A DNA stretch of 64,000 bases from the human T2T-CHM13v2.0 reference genome, Homo sapiens (GCF_009914755.1 NC_060928.1), one strand, 5' to 3'. Positions 1-28,810 are shown, numbered from the stretch's first letter. A program made the numbers and translations. The notes: a model not told the origin generated them from the sequence alone.

Positions 1-135
1 TTAGCTGGGCACAGTGGCGCGTGCCTGTAGTCCCAGCTACCAGGGAGGTTGAGCCTGCAGTGAGGCAAGACCGCATCATTGCACTCTAGCCTGGGCAAGA
101 GAGCCAGATATTGTCTCAAAAAAAAAAAAAAAAGG

Positions 136-706
136 GTACTAAGAGGTCAAAGTGGCCAAGTGGTCCAGTGAAAGGAAAAGCAGACTGGTCAAGAGTAAAG
201 GTCATGGCAATAGTTTTTTGGGATGCTCAAGGCATTTTGCTTGTTGAGTTTCTGGAAAGCCAACAAATGATAATATCTGCTTATTATGAGTGTTTGGACA
301 AAGTCAAAGCTTTAGCAGAAAAATGCCTGGGAAAGCTTCACCAGAGAGTCCTCCTCCACCATGACAATGTTCTCGCTCATTCCTCTCATCAGACAAGGGC
401 AATTCTGCAAGAGTTCCCATGGGAAATCATTAGGCATCCAGCTTACAGTACTGATTTGGCTCCTTCTGACTTCTTTTTGCTTCTTAATCTTAAAAAAATT
501 TTTAAAGAGTGCCAATTTTTCTTTGGTCACTAATGAAAAAAAGACTGTTTGAAATGGTTAAACTCACAGGACCCTCAGTTCTTTGGGGATGGACTAAATG
601 GCTTCTATCATTGCTTACAAAAAGTGTCTTGAAGTTGATGGAGCTTATGTTGAGAAAGTTTCTATTTTTATCTCTTAACTCCAGTTTTCCATGACCTTTC
701 TGAAGT
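136..706 (+). mobile_element. HSMAR2-type mariner transposon, 3' part (transposase C-terminal catalytic region and degenerate 3' TIR)
   Basis: ORF 111..533 reads KVMAIVFWDAQGILLVEFL...LHHDNVLAH...HPAYSTDLAPSDFFL, the mariner D,D34D motifs. The end ttccatgacctttctgaagt resembles the HSMAR2 terminus as I recall it. Confidence 0.88.
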
Positions 707-819
707 GGCCAATTATTTATATTGTGTACAACCATTACCACCATCCATCTCTAGAACTTTCTCACGTTCCCCGATTGAAACTCCATCCCCATTAAACACT
801 AAAGCCTATTCCCGCTAAC

Positions 820-3064
<2,245 letters not shown>

Positions 3065-3787
3065 GACATTGAGTTTTATAAAAATACTGAAGCAGGATAG
3101 TGGGGGTATCCTGAGCTGATCAAATCTGGGACTCTTCCCTAGAAGAAACTCAAATGCCTACAGTCTAATTCAGGGGTAAATGAGTTAGGTATGTAAGGAA
3201 AAAAGGAGGATGAGTTAAGTTCTAAGGCCAAGGTGAAAGGAGCCACCTTCTAGATTTCCAACAGGAAAAGTCTGAAATCTCAGCACAAGAATGATCAAAG
3301 ATGAACAGTTTGGTAAGTTGTTTTTCTGGGCAGGGTGGGGAAGATGTAAGTTGTTGACCTGTGTTAGAATTAACTATAACACGAAGAATTAAAGAGTGGG
3401 ACCTATTACCTATTGACATTTCGTGACTGTTTTCTCCATTTCTGGGACCTTGTATCCAAAAGGTAGCCCTTATTTTATGTAAACCTCTGCAACCACTTGA
3501 AAGGCACTAAGCAAAAGAAATATTTGTCTTGTTAATAAAAATAGAAATATCAAAATACCATATCCTAAATAAAAATTACACAAAGAAAAAAGATTTTTCT
3601 TCAAATTTGTGCCTTAAAACTGGAAGTTATGAGATAATAACAGATGCTATTATAAACGGACCCAGGAAAACCAGATGCAGGTTTCTCTCTCAAATGCTTA
3701 GGTGTTTGGGGTGACTGGCACTAAGAATATACTACGAATAAAACAAAATGTCTAAATTCCCACTTGAGGAAGAATGGCGTACATTAC

Positions 3788-4140
3788 CTTTGTAAGTCAA
3801 TTTGTCTTTCTGCTGGTGCTGCCTTTTTGGCTAAATCTTGCAGTTTGGGTGCTTTGGCATTACCTGCTTCCAAACCCCCAGGGCTCTCCTGACCCACTGC
3901 AGCTCTCTTCCTTCCCTTGTTAATAGGTTTATTTAGATCATCATTTTTGGTAGCATTGCCCTGAGATTCAGACTTGGGTCGACGTCCTCTCCTGGGTTTG
4001 GAAGGGGCGGGAGGTCCCGATTCATCTACTTTCTCATCTGTTTTTTGTTGGATATTCTCTGCACCAGCTGCTGTTACTGTTCTTTTCTTTCCTCGGTCAC
4101 TGCTGATGTTGCCCTGGGTAGCCTGATCAGAATTAATTTC
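3788..4140 (-). CDS. PDS5A: PDS5A coding exon (probable exon 32): [20 protein letters not shown]...[11 protein letters not shown]...AERQIDLQ(R)
   Basis: Acceptor ttttag|GAA, donor CAAAG|gtaatg. 353 nt, open in phase 0, ends phase 2. Matches the PDS5A C-terminus. Confidence 0.97.
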
Positions 4141-4371
4141 CTAAAAAAGCACAAAACAATTCTATAAACACAAATTCCTTAAATATTAATGATCTCTATT
4201 AGAAAAGAGTGTTTTGAAAGTATTTTAAAGGAGTCTGGATTTGAGGGCTTCCAGTTAACTGCTTACATCACATTAGGAAAGTAAGCTCCTTGAGGAGAGT
4301 GACTGTGCCTGGTACCTACCATGGTGTATAGCATATATAATGTGCTCAATAAATGCTCATTAAAAAGCAAA

Positions 4372-6084
<1,713 letters not shown>

Positions 6085-6289
6085 TCAAGCGACCTGCTCA
6101 AGTCAACACTTAGCCAGTGAGTGGCAGAGCCAAGAGGCAAAAGTCAGATATGTGTGATGCTCCTATCGATTATGCACCACTCCTCTCCTGCCAAAAAATT
6201 AAGAAATTGGGTTGGGCATGGTGAGATCCTGTTTCAAAACAAAACAAAACAAAATTGGGCGGTATCGTTTAAAGATCAACAAAGTCGTC

Positions 6290-7660
<1,371 letters not shown>

Positions 7661-7877
7661 AGACCACATAAATTCTTATAAAGTGGGTGGAGGTAAGCAG
7701 AATCATTTTTGGGAAGTATAGCCGGGGTGCGGGAAGCGGGGAGAAGGTGTGTGGTAATACACACAAGTTTAAAATGTAGCATGTGCATTGAAGTGTTGGC
7801 TGTAGATTTCTTATCCCTACGGAAAAACTGTAATAATCTCCATGGAAAAAATCCACTTGTTAAATTTTAAAATTTAC

Positions 7878-7986
7878 CTTATTCTTTACTGGGTCAATAT
7901 TCTTTACAGGTGTGACTGAAATAATCCTCACAGGGTTCTCTTCATTTTCACTAACTCCAGTTTCTGCTGCCTCTGAACTCTGTTCC
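7878..7986 (-). CDS. PDS5A: PDS5A coding exon (probable exon 31): (R)[36 protein letters not shown]
   Basis: Acceptor ttttaaacag|GGAA, donor AAG|gtaaat. 109 nt, frame-consistent. Confidence 0.97.
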
Positions 7987-8576
7987 CTGTTTAAAACAAA
8001 TAAACCAAGACTTCATATTTCCATGAAGAGAAAGTTCACTCTCTCACCGTACCAATAAAGAAAGGCTTAGGCTGGTTTCGAAACCTTGACAATTGAAGCA
8101 ACAATAGCAAGATTCGGATACTCTGTAGTTATAGACTATTGCTTTAAAAATATCATTTTCCATTTAGCTTTGATAAAGTGGTATCAATTTCCATTTTGCC
8201 TTAATAACATTAAGACAGAAATGACTGCCTAAGACTACTTGACAAAAGGGTTAATTGTCAAGAGACAAAATAACACAACCACTGTAAGCTTTATCTTTTG
8301 GGAATAGAAAATCCTAAAACAAAAATAAAACTACAGACCATAGTATAGTTGTCATTTCCATAGTGTTCTACTAAAAAGGGGGCTGTCAGAAGAGGCTATT
8401 TGGTAGGTATTTGAGGCCCCACTATTCTTTAAACCATGTTAACTGATTTCATATCTTGGGCTTCATTTTTGCTAAAAGTGGTTTAAAACATCATTGGTTG
8501 AGTTTATTCTTAAGATTTCATGTGTAAGAATAATATCTATAAAAACCACAATATTAAGTGTTCCTAAGAGTAGGGT

Positions 8577-8705
8577 CAGAAATGATAAAGGTTTGATGTG
8601 ACGGATATCCTAATTACCCTGATTTGATCACTATACATGCTATGCATATACCAAAATATCACAAACACCCCATAAATATGTACAATTATTATATATCAAA
8701 ATAAG
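8577..8705 (+). mobile_element. L1MA 3'-end fragment
   Basis: ggatatcctaattaccctgatttgatcactatacat...tgtacaattattatatatcaaaat is typical of an L1MA 3' UTR end. Confidence 0.75.
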
Positions 8706-8831
8706 TATGTTTATGAAAAAAATTGCAGGTAGAAATTCTTATGCAGTAGCTAATATACTGAATACTTAACATGTTAAAATAAACATGGAATATTTTTATA
8801 ATTAGAAAATGTTAGAACAATGTAAACTTAT

Positions 8832-8833
<2 letters not shown>

Positions 8834-8880
<47 letters not shown>
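8834..8880. repeat. (TA)23 microsatellite at an Alu tail
   Basis: Uninterrupted TA run read directly. Confidence 0.97.
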
Positions 8881-10515
<1,635 letters not shown>

Positions 10516-10594
10516 TTATGAGACAGCACTTTAGGAATAAAAGATAAACCAAGTAGTGAGTGCTAGTAACAAAATAATTGGAGAGAAAAGTTGC

Positions 10595-10740
10595 CTTGAT
10601 CGATTTCCGGTTGAAGGGTTCAGCTCTGAATTTACATTAATATTGCTTCCAGTCTCAGTGCCAGTGCTTCTAACATAGGGTTTCCTTCCCGTTGCTGATA
10701 AAGGCTTATTTACTGCACCTAGTACTCCAGCAGGCTTTGG
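10595..10740 (-). CDS. PDS5A: PDS5A coding exon (probable exon 30): [48 protein letters not shown](R), with a non-canonical GC donor
   Basis: Acceptor ttttag|CCA. 146 nt. Continuity into the next exon (AG+G = Arg) places the donor at TCAAG|gcaact. Confidence 0.93.
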
Positions 10741-10945
10741 CTAAAAACAAAAACAAAAAACCCCCCAAAAACACACACGTTTATACCTTACCATGTATAC
10801 ATGTAAATTTAGACACAAGTAAGAGATATTGTTAAGTGCTAATTAGTTAAATTTACCAGAAATGTTCATTCTGGGCCAGGCATACTGGCTCCTGACTGCA
10901 AATCCCAGCACTTTGGGAGGTGGATCACTTGAGGCCATGAGTTCA

Positions 10946-11158
<213 letters not shown>

Positions 11159-11756
11159 TCATTCTGTAAAATTGTGTTTGGTTGCCTTAATACAATCAAA
11201 AGTCATAAGCATATCTCTACTTAATAATAACTAGGTAATATTAATGTATCCTTTATTATTCAATCAAAATACAAAGTTCCCCTAAAATATAGCAAAATAC
11301 ATACATAATAAATGCTCCTATAAATAAACTATTGGATATATATATAGTAATAGTTTAGGAACTATTTACAAAAAACTAAATTTCCTTTTGCTGTTTTAGG
11401 TGTCACCATATTACTTACATAGAACATGAATTGTCTAATTCATTAGTAGTATAAAATTATTTCTTTTATCTTATATACCTAAGTTGGTTATACCATTTCC
11501 CAGGAAAGTCTTCTTTGTGAATTGTAAATAAACTGTGCTTAACATTACTGATGAGAACACACAGTGGCATTTCAGAGGAGTGGTTGCTGGCAGAAAAATT
11601 CTAAAAGCATGGCTGCTTTAGATGCTTTAAATCCATAATGTGATCCCTAAGAATCAGGAACTATACAATCTAGTGGTCATTTAAAGGTATTTCTAGGAAT
11701 AGCAGAAGCAAGATACACATGAAACAAAGATCTCAAAATTATTAAGTAAATAATAC

Positions 11757-11819
11757 CTTTCCTGTTAACAGAAGTACTCTTGTCTCTTCTGAAATATAAC
11801 TCTTATCGTTACAGAAGTC
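11757..11819 (-). CDS. PDS5A: PDS5A coding exon (probable exon 29): DFCNDKSYISEETRVLLLTGK
   Basis: Long poly-T tract then aatag|GAC, donor AAG|gtatta. 63 nt, phase 0/0. Confidence 0.97.
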
Positions 11820-12330
11820 CTATTAAAAAAAAAAAAGAAAAAGAAAAAAGAAACACCAATCAAAGGAACATGAGTATTTTAATTATCTCAATAAGGCTTT
11901 TTAGGTATTGTGCCTTGCAATAATAAATACACTTGTGCTAACACATATACCAATTTATCAAACAATCAAAACAATCAAAGCCATACCATAAGTCTAGCTT
12001 TAAATTAAACTGATGGCACGCAGACTTAGGCAAATGTCAAAGATAAATTTCCTAAATCACACCATAAATAAAGCACACACATGTTTTCATACGGTTCAAT
12101 GCAGTTTATTCATTAAATTTATTCACTGAATTCCACCACATCATAAATTCGGGCCGGGTGTGGTGACTCATGCCTGTGAGCCTCATCCCAGCACTTTGGG
12201 AGGCCAAAGTGGGTGGATCACCTGAGGTCAGAAGTTCGAACCCGCCTGGCCAACATGGTGAAACCCTGTCTCTACAAAAATACAAAATTAGCTAGGCCGG
12301 GTGGCATGCGCCTGTAATGCCAGCTACTCA

Positions 12331-12435
<105 letters not shown>

Positions 12436-13388
12436 TCAAAAAACATAAGTAGACCAACTGTCAAAATACAATTAAGTGAATTATGTTCTTTGACAGCTGT
12501 GATATTAACAATACACGATTTAAACCAAATGTGGAAAATGATAGCACTTTGAGAGTTATATCTATATAAAAATTAGGAGTTCAAACTTGATCTCTTGATG
12601 CCTTTTCCTGCTTAATATCTGAAAATGGCAAACAAACCACAATGTTGTGTCAGTGAAGCAAAACTAGCTACTAAACTCAGGAAATATAATTAAGTTTTAA
12701 ATAATCCTATTAAAAAATATTTTTTATTGTATTAAATTTACCTTCACAGAAGTAGGAAAGAACAAAGTGTGCCTGTGAGGAAATCACAGTTTTGTCATGT
12801 GTGCTAGGCAAAGCTGTATCATTTCTTTTGCACAAAGTCTTCTATGCAGCTAAAATAAACATTAAGAAACCTGTGTACCAAAGTTCATTCACTTCATTCA
12901 TAAAGATATAGTATAGCTTCACTAGGTTGACTAACTTCACAAACCTAGTGTTCTAGGGTTTATGAATTTATAACACATTAAAAGCAACATGTTACATAAA
13001 TAAGGAACGTTGCATACTGAAAACAGAAAAACCTAAGTTGTTATTATTAAGAAGACTAAAACTCTGTAACACTGAAGGTAACAAAAGAAAAAAAAAATTG
13101 TTATCTATGAGTCCAGATAAGGTGTAGTGACAAGTAGGAATTTAATTCTTGATGATGGTATCACCACTGTTACATAGATTCTATTTGGTACTATTCTATT
13201 CATGATGGTCCTGGGTCAGCAACAGGATTAATTTTAATTCAACAGCTCACTTAAGAATATCTTATAGGCTGGGCATGGTGGCTCATGCAATCCCAGCACT
13301 TTGGGATGCTGGAGGTGGGTTGATCACTTGAGCCCAGGAGTTTGAGGCCTGGCCAACATGATGAAACCACCTGTCTACAAAAAAGTTA

Positions 13389-13550
<162 letters not shown>

Positions 13551-13755
13551 TTATACAGATCAGTGGATTCAATTAGAGAGCATACTTTTGCAAATTCTCA
13601 TTATTTCTATCAAAAGCAAGGCACAGTTATGTGTTCAATACTAAATCAGTAATAAAAATCAGATTACATTTTAGCAAACTTTTAGTAAAGTACGGCATTC
13701 AAAGTAGGAAGCTCCATTTATTTCTTGGAATGTGCATTTGGAGAATTCTCTAAGC

Positions 13756-14114
13756 TAGGGGTCTCCAACCCACGAACTGCAGACTGGTATGGGTTATGGG
13801 TCATGGGTCTGCGGCCTGTTAGGAACTGGGATACACAGCAGGCAGTGAGTGGCTGGCGAGCAAGCATTACCACCTGAGCTCTGCCTCCTGTCGGATCAGC
13901 GGCAGCATGAGATTCTCACAGAAGCACAAACCCTATGGCGAACTATGCCTGCGAGGGATCTAGGCTGTGTGCTCCTTATGAGAATCTAACTAATGCCTGA
14001 TGACCTGAGGTGAAATAGTTTCATCCTGAAACCATCTCTCCACCTCAATTTCTCTGTGGAAAAATTGTCTTCCACGAAACTGGTCCCAGGTGTCAAAAAG
14101 GTTGGGAACCACTG
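13756..14114 (+). mobile_element. MER1B (hAT-Charlie non-autonomous DNA transposon), full length
   Basis: TIRs taggggtctccaacc...ggttgggaaccactg. 8-bp TSD ctctaagc (13748-13755) and ctctaagg (14115-14122). Interior matches MER1B as I recall it. Confidence 0.9.
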
Positions 14115-14789
14115 CTCTAAGGGGATCATTACTGAGGCATATATATACATTTATAGGAGAAAGTGAAACAAGTTTAAAATACCACCTAACAGCAGGAAAT
14201 AAACAAAAGCTTTTAAAAATCCAAATTAGCTGGAAAAACTTACAGAGCCTGCGTTACCTGAAAAATTTACTTACATGGGAAACAGTTTGCTGAAAGCAGA
14301 ATAGATGCACTGTATATTAATTAATAACACCATTTATTGAATGGTTTTATGTGATAAACTCTTCATATAAACCTAGATATTAGCAATTGTCCATATATAT
14401 TATTAACATCTGCATTATAAAGATGAAGAAATGGAGGCTTAGAGGAGAGAACCTGTCCCTCCTTACACTGTGCCAAAGATTTAAAATTTTTCTTATCTGC
14501 AAAAATACTACCCATGTTTCAATAAAATGAGATTAAAATAATTTTAAAAATCTGAAAACTTTAATACTAGAAATTCCTAGAATAAACATAAGATCAACAG
14601 TATGTGTAGTCTTCTGTTCAAGTCAGAATAATGTTCAGGGCTGTGTAAGACAATTTCCCACTCTTTGATAAACCCAGATTTTTTCTTTACTCTGTGGTCA
14701 AGACAATTCAATATTTGCCACAATGGTTGATGGTAATTGACATTGAAATCAGTTTAGTGTGGTAGGAAAAATGAGAGGAAGAAAATTAC

Positions 14790-14909
14790 CTTTTCAGGTT
14801 GTGTAAAAAATTTCATTGGGAGGACTGGGTCCTTTGGTGAATCTGCATTGCACAAAGCACTTTTACTATTTATAACACAGAGAGCCACATCACATACTGT
14901 ATACAGTTT
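14790..14909 (-). CDS. PDS5A: PDS5A coding exon (probable exon 28): [40 protein letters not shown]
   Basis: Acceptor ttcctccctag|AAA, donor AAG|gtaatt. 120 nt. Confidence 0.97.
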
Positions 14910-15461
14910 CTAGGGAGGAAAACGAATCATATATAACTTTTAGTATTGCAAAATAATCATAATTACCAATTCCACTAAATGTATAATTTAGAGTTAAAAG
15001 AAGGATACTGTGGTTGTTATTTATTCCTTGAACATTCCATATTTCTGTTCAGCACTGTTTATGCAGCCTTCTGATAAATAAAAATCCCTCTATATGAATT
15101 TAACATGGATGCCAATATGCATGGAAAATAACAAACAAATGAACCAACCCAAAGAAAGCACACAAAAAGAATAAGCATTTGTCTGTAACTCTTACTGTAA
15201 GTTCGTAATATACCATAGTTGTACATTTTATTCTTATCCTCTTGCTCTAAGGTTATAATGTCTTTTCAGAGTACTAAAGATTCCTGAAATAAAATTCACT
15301 TGTAATGAAGTGCAATAAAAACTGACTACACATTTACTTTTGTAAACATTCTAAAATTTAAATTACTACGTATGGCCAAAAAAAAAAAAAAAAAAAAACC
15401 AAGTGGGACAATATATTTTTCTATTACATCTTAACACCCACTGGCCTAACACTCATCTTAC

Positions 15462-15594
15462 TTCATTTGTCTTGGATTCATCTGGAGACTGGGCATCTCT
15501 GGTTAACTTGATGTTCTCTGCCATCTTCTTCATAAAGGCATGGCTATTGTTTTCATTCTTTGTCATTAAAACTTCAAGCATGAACCATAGGCAC
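15462..15594 (-). CDS. PDS5A: PDS5A coding exon (probable exon 27): (E)[44 protein letters not shown]
   Basis: Acceptor atttag|GTGC, donor GAA|gtaaga. 133 nt. Confidence 0.97.
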
Positions 15595-15850
15595 CTAAAT
15601 GTAAACATATTAAAGAGACTAGACGTAGATAGATGCTTTAGCTTAAAGCAATAAATATGTTAGCTGGGAATTTCTGTTGTCTGAATAAAATAAAATAAAA
15701 TGATCAACCTTAATGACTAATATATGTTATTATCCTAATAATATTCTATTCAAATGGAAAATTAAAGCATAAAATAACATATAAAAAATGAAAACATAGC
15801 TTAATATGAGAAAGTCTGACAGTTTCATAAGGCATATAAAGATTCACCCT

Positions 15851-16420
<570 letters not shown>

Positions 16421-18399
16421 GAAAACACAGATTCACCCTATAGGTAAGTTTACATAATCTGATATAACTTAACACCCAGCAATAATGAGCAAATCAACAC
16501 ACAGCAGTCTTGGGATTTTGATTATTTGTAAGCTATGCAGAAGTTCTACAATTGGTATGCAGTTCTGCCGAGAAACAAGTCTAAGTTGCATGTATTATGA
16601 GGCTGATGTGTGTGGTACCCAGCCACCCAATTAAGGAGTCACAATCTCAAACCACTTTTGCTATTCCACACTTGTCACTGTATATTCATTTAACACATTG
16701 TGTCTGAAGGGAACATTTGAATTTCTAAGTAAAAGTGAACCCCAAATCAGGCTGAACATTAGAATTGTTTGGATAACTTAAATAGACAAATCTGGAAATG
16801 GGGCCTGTTTTTACAAAGATCCCAGTATTTTCAGGCAGTGACATGACTACTGCATTCCTGCATCAACAGGGGAGAAACTATTTGATGATACTCTGTAAAA
16901 GCTTCTTTTCCTACATTCCACATAATTGTTTTAAGAGACTACTGTAGCATGCATTAGTTTTTTAGCTTAATGGCTTAAATGATAGTTGGTTGTTTCAATA
17001 ATATTTATTAACTTAGGCAAAGAGTTGTCAACTCTACTTAGATACTGGATAGCTGCTAGAATCCTGATCAAAGAAAGGAACAGAATAATGAATAACAACA
17101 AATATAATAAAAATTAGCAAATATTTAATGAGTGCTTACTATCTACTAGGCATTAGGCTAAGCACTTTACCTTCATATAATCCTCATGACTCTATAAAGA
17201 ATAAGAAAAATCGTCACCATTATATATAGAACCTATTTTTTTTTTTTTTGGTCTGTCTTTTGAGACAGAGTCTTGCTTGCCTCTCAGGCTGGAGTGCAGT
17301 GGCGTGATCACAGCCCCAGCAACCATGGTGTCCTGGGCTCACACTATCCTCCTACCTCAGCTTCCTGAGTAGCTGGGGCTACAGGCATGTGCCACCATGT
17401 CTGGCTGATTTTTATAGAGCTGGGGTTTCGCCAGGTTGCCGACTGGTCTTGAACTCCCAGGCTCAAGCAATCTACCTGCCTTGGCCTCACAAAGTGCCAG
17501 GACTGCAGGCGTAAGCTACCACTCCTGGCTATCTAAATATTTTTTTTGAGGCATTAAGTAACCTGTTTAGGGTCACAGAGATAAAAAGATGGAGCTAGGA
17601 TTAGAACCAGGTCTGCTTTTATACTTTTAACAAAAATACACAAAATAAATATAATAAACATTATCTGAGCAACTATATACTAAACAAAGGTGACAACACT
17701 GAACACATCGGTTCTATAGGTTTGAGGATTCTATTTGTTTATATAAACACTGAAATCATTTCCTTAATTCTTGGGTCAGAATTCTGTTGAGTTTCTATTA
17801 ACTTGAAGATTTGTTTGATCCCTTTCCACAGAAGTATAGGGTCAGGATTACTCTCAGTTTTAGGGGATAAGGTGAGGAAGCATTCCTATGCAGGGTTTCT
17901 TTAAAAAGTTGTAACAAAAAAATCTTGCAATAAGGTTTTAAACATTAGTATATACATAAAATACTTGAATGTACATCAACATAATAGAGAATTTATTCCT
18001 TGAAGTAACTGGAAAAAAGTATGATTGTCTTGTGATAAGAATGCCAATTCCACCTTAATTTTATGCAGATATGCTGAGACTAATGTGCTATCTAACATGA
18101 ACCAATTGACTCAATAAATTTTAGTACTTGGAAGTTGTTCAATATAATGTTACATTTAAAACAGGATACAAAACAATACATATATGTATTATAAAACAAT
18201 ATATAATAGATATTAAAACAGCATTTTTTGAAATTAGAATATGTTGAAATCCCTGGGGCCATGTCTCACTTCTGCATCCTCAATACTGCCCAAGAAATGT
18301 AATCATTAATGTTTACCCATCCTACGAAGTACACAGATTCCCATGATCCTCTGCTTCTTCTTGCCTTATCCAAGGGAGCTAATTCCTCTCCATCTCGTA

Positions 18400-20760
<2,361 letters not shown>

Positions 20761-20975
20761 GAACATATGAAGAAGAAAAAGTGTTGAAAGATACAGACCA
20801 AATTGTTAACAGCAATGAAGGGCTTTTAGGGGGTATAATTATGAATAATTGTTTTCTTCTTAATGAATTCATTTTCAATTTTTTCTTACTGAATATCAAT
20901 AAAGGAGAAAGGTAATTATTAAACATTAAAGGCTATATTTAAGTACGATTTTTCAAATTCAAATACATTATTACT

Positions 20976-25152
<4,177 letters not shown>

Positions 25153-25454
25153 AAATTGTTTCTGACACAATAACTTACTAATTTCCATAAAGTTATGTAA
25201 CTACATTTTGAAAAACTTAAAAAAACAAACAAACAAAAAAAACCAGACTGGGTTTCCTGTCACCCAGGCTAGAATGCAGTAACTGGATCAGAGCTCACTG
25301 CAGCCTTCCACTCCTGGGCTCGGGCAATCCTTCCACCTCAGCCTTCCAAGTAGCTGGGATTACAGGTGAGACCCACCACACCCACCATGAAAAACATTAG
25401 TTGGAACTTCAAATTACATGGTAATTTAAACATTATGTTTAAAGATACACAAAA

Positions 25455-27745
<2,291 letters not shown>

Positions 27746-28160
27746 TTTTAAAAGATATTTGAAAGTGTTGCATGCTAGAGAGAACAAAGAATAAAAAATA
27801 TGCTCCACTGTTTTCAGTTCCAACTCCAATTATTTCACATACTTCAGTACTCTTCCCATATTCAAACCCTCTCAATATAAATAGTAAAAATCAAATATAA
27901 TAACTAAGATAACCAAACTAACCTATTTCAAAGACTTAGATAGCTTAACTAGCTGCAAACAAACAGAAAATGAACAACCAAAACCTGGTAGATGGGAAAA
28001 TTTTTGAAAGACGAAACTGGAAATTTATAATAAATGAATAAAACCATAAGGAGATTCTAATTCTAATGTAAATAATAAATAAAAATAATAAACAAAAAAT
28101 TTACCATTTTTTGAAAACTAAACATAATTTTTAGAGTTCTTGAAAAACAACAAGACTTAC

Positions 28161-28275
28161 TCTTTGATATCACGAAGCTGATCAACATCTTGTGATCTTG
28201 TAAAATCTGGATCATGGGCTAGCAGGTGAATCATGTATGGAACTACATATTCAGGCAACAGTGATAATAATTTCT
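28161..28275 (-). CDS. PDS5A: PDS5A coding exon (probable exon 26): (E)[37 protein letters not shown](E)
   Basis: Acceptor ttttacttcag|AG, donor AGA|gtaagt. 115 nt. Contains the conserved PDS5 [19 protein letters not shown] motif. Confidence 0.98.
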
Positions 28276-28810
28276 CTGAAGTAAAAACATTATTAAAAAC
28301 AACCTTTATAAAATGCCTTAGTGGACTGAGTTCTAACCACTTAAGTTTTCATTTTTTCCCTCAGTTATTTCTAAATTAGGCACAACATGATACCTGGATA
28401 CTAAAATACTTTACACTTCACTTTTCAATTTCTTTTTCTGGTACCTGGTATGCAGTTGTATTTCACTTTTGAAAGATACTGAAGTCAAAGGTATCAGATA
28501 TTAAACCCATTAAACAACAGGTCCCTGGCAAAGCTAGGAAAAAATTATTTAGTCTGACATCCGAGCAATATGTTCAAATTAAACTACACTCCTGATCCCA
28601 TAGGAAAAATGCAGTTTGCCAGAGTTAATGCAGCATAAATAGGACTCAGGAGTTCAGTTTTTAAGTACATCATAACTACAATGACAGCATTCTATAAAAC
28701 TCCCAGTTTTATTATAAACTATAATAGAAACACATGACAAGAAAAAAAAAACCTAAAAATGGATACATTGACAAAATATATTTGCACACGGAGAACTCTG
28801 AGTTACTTAC

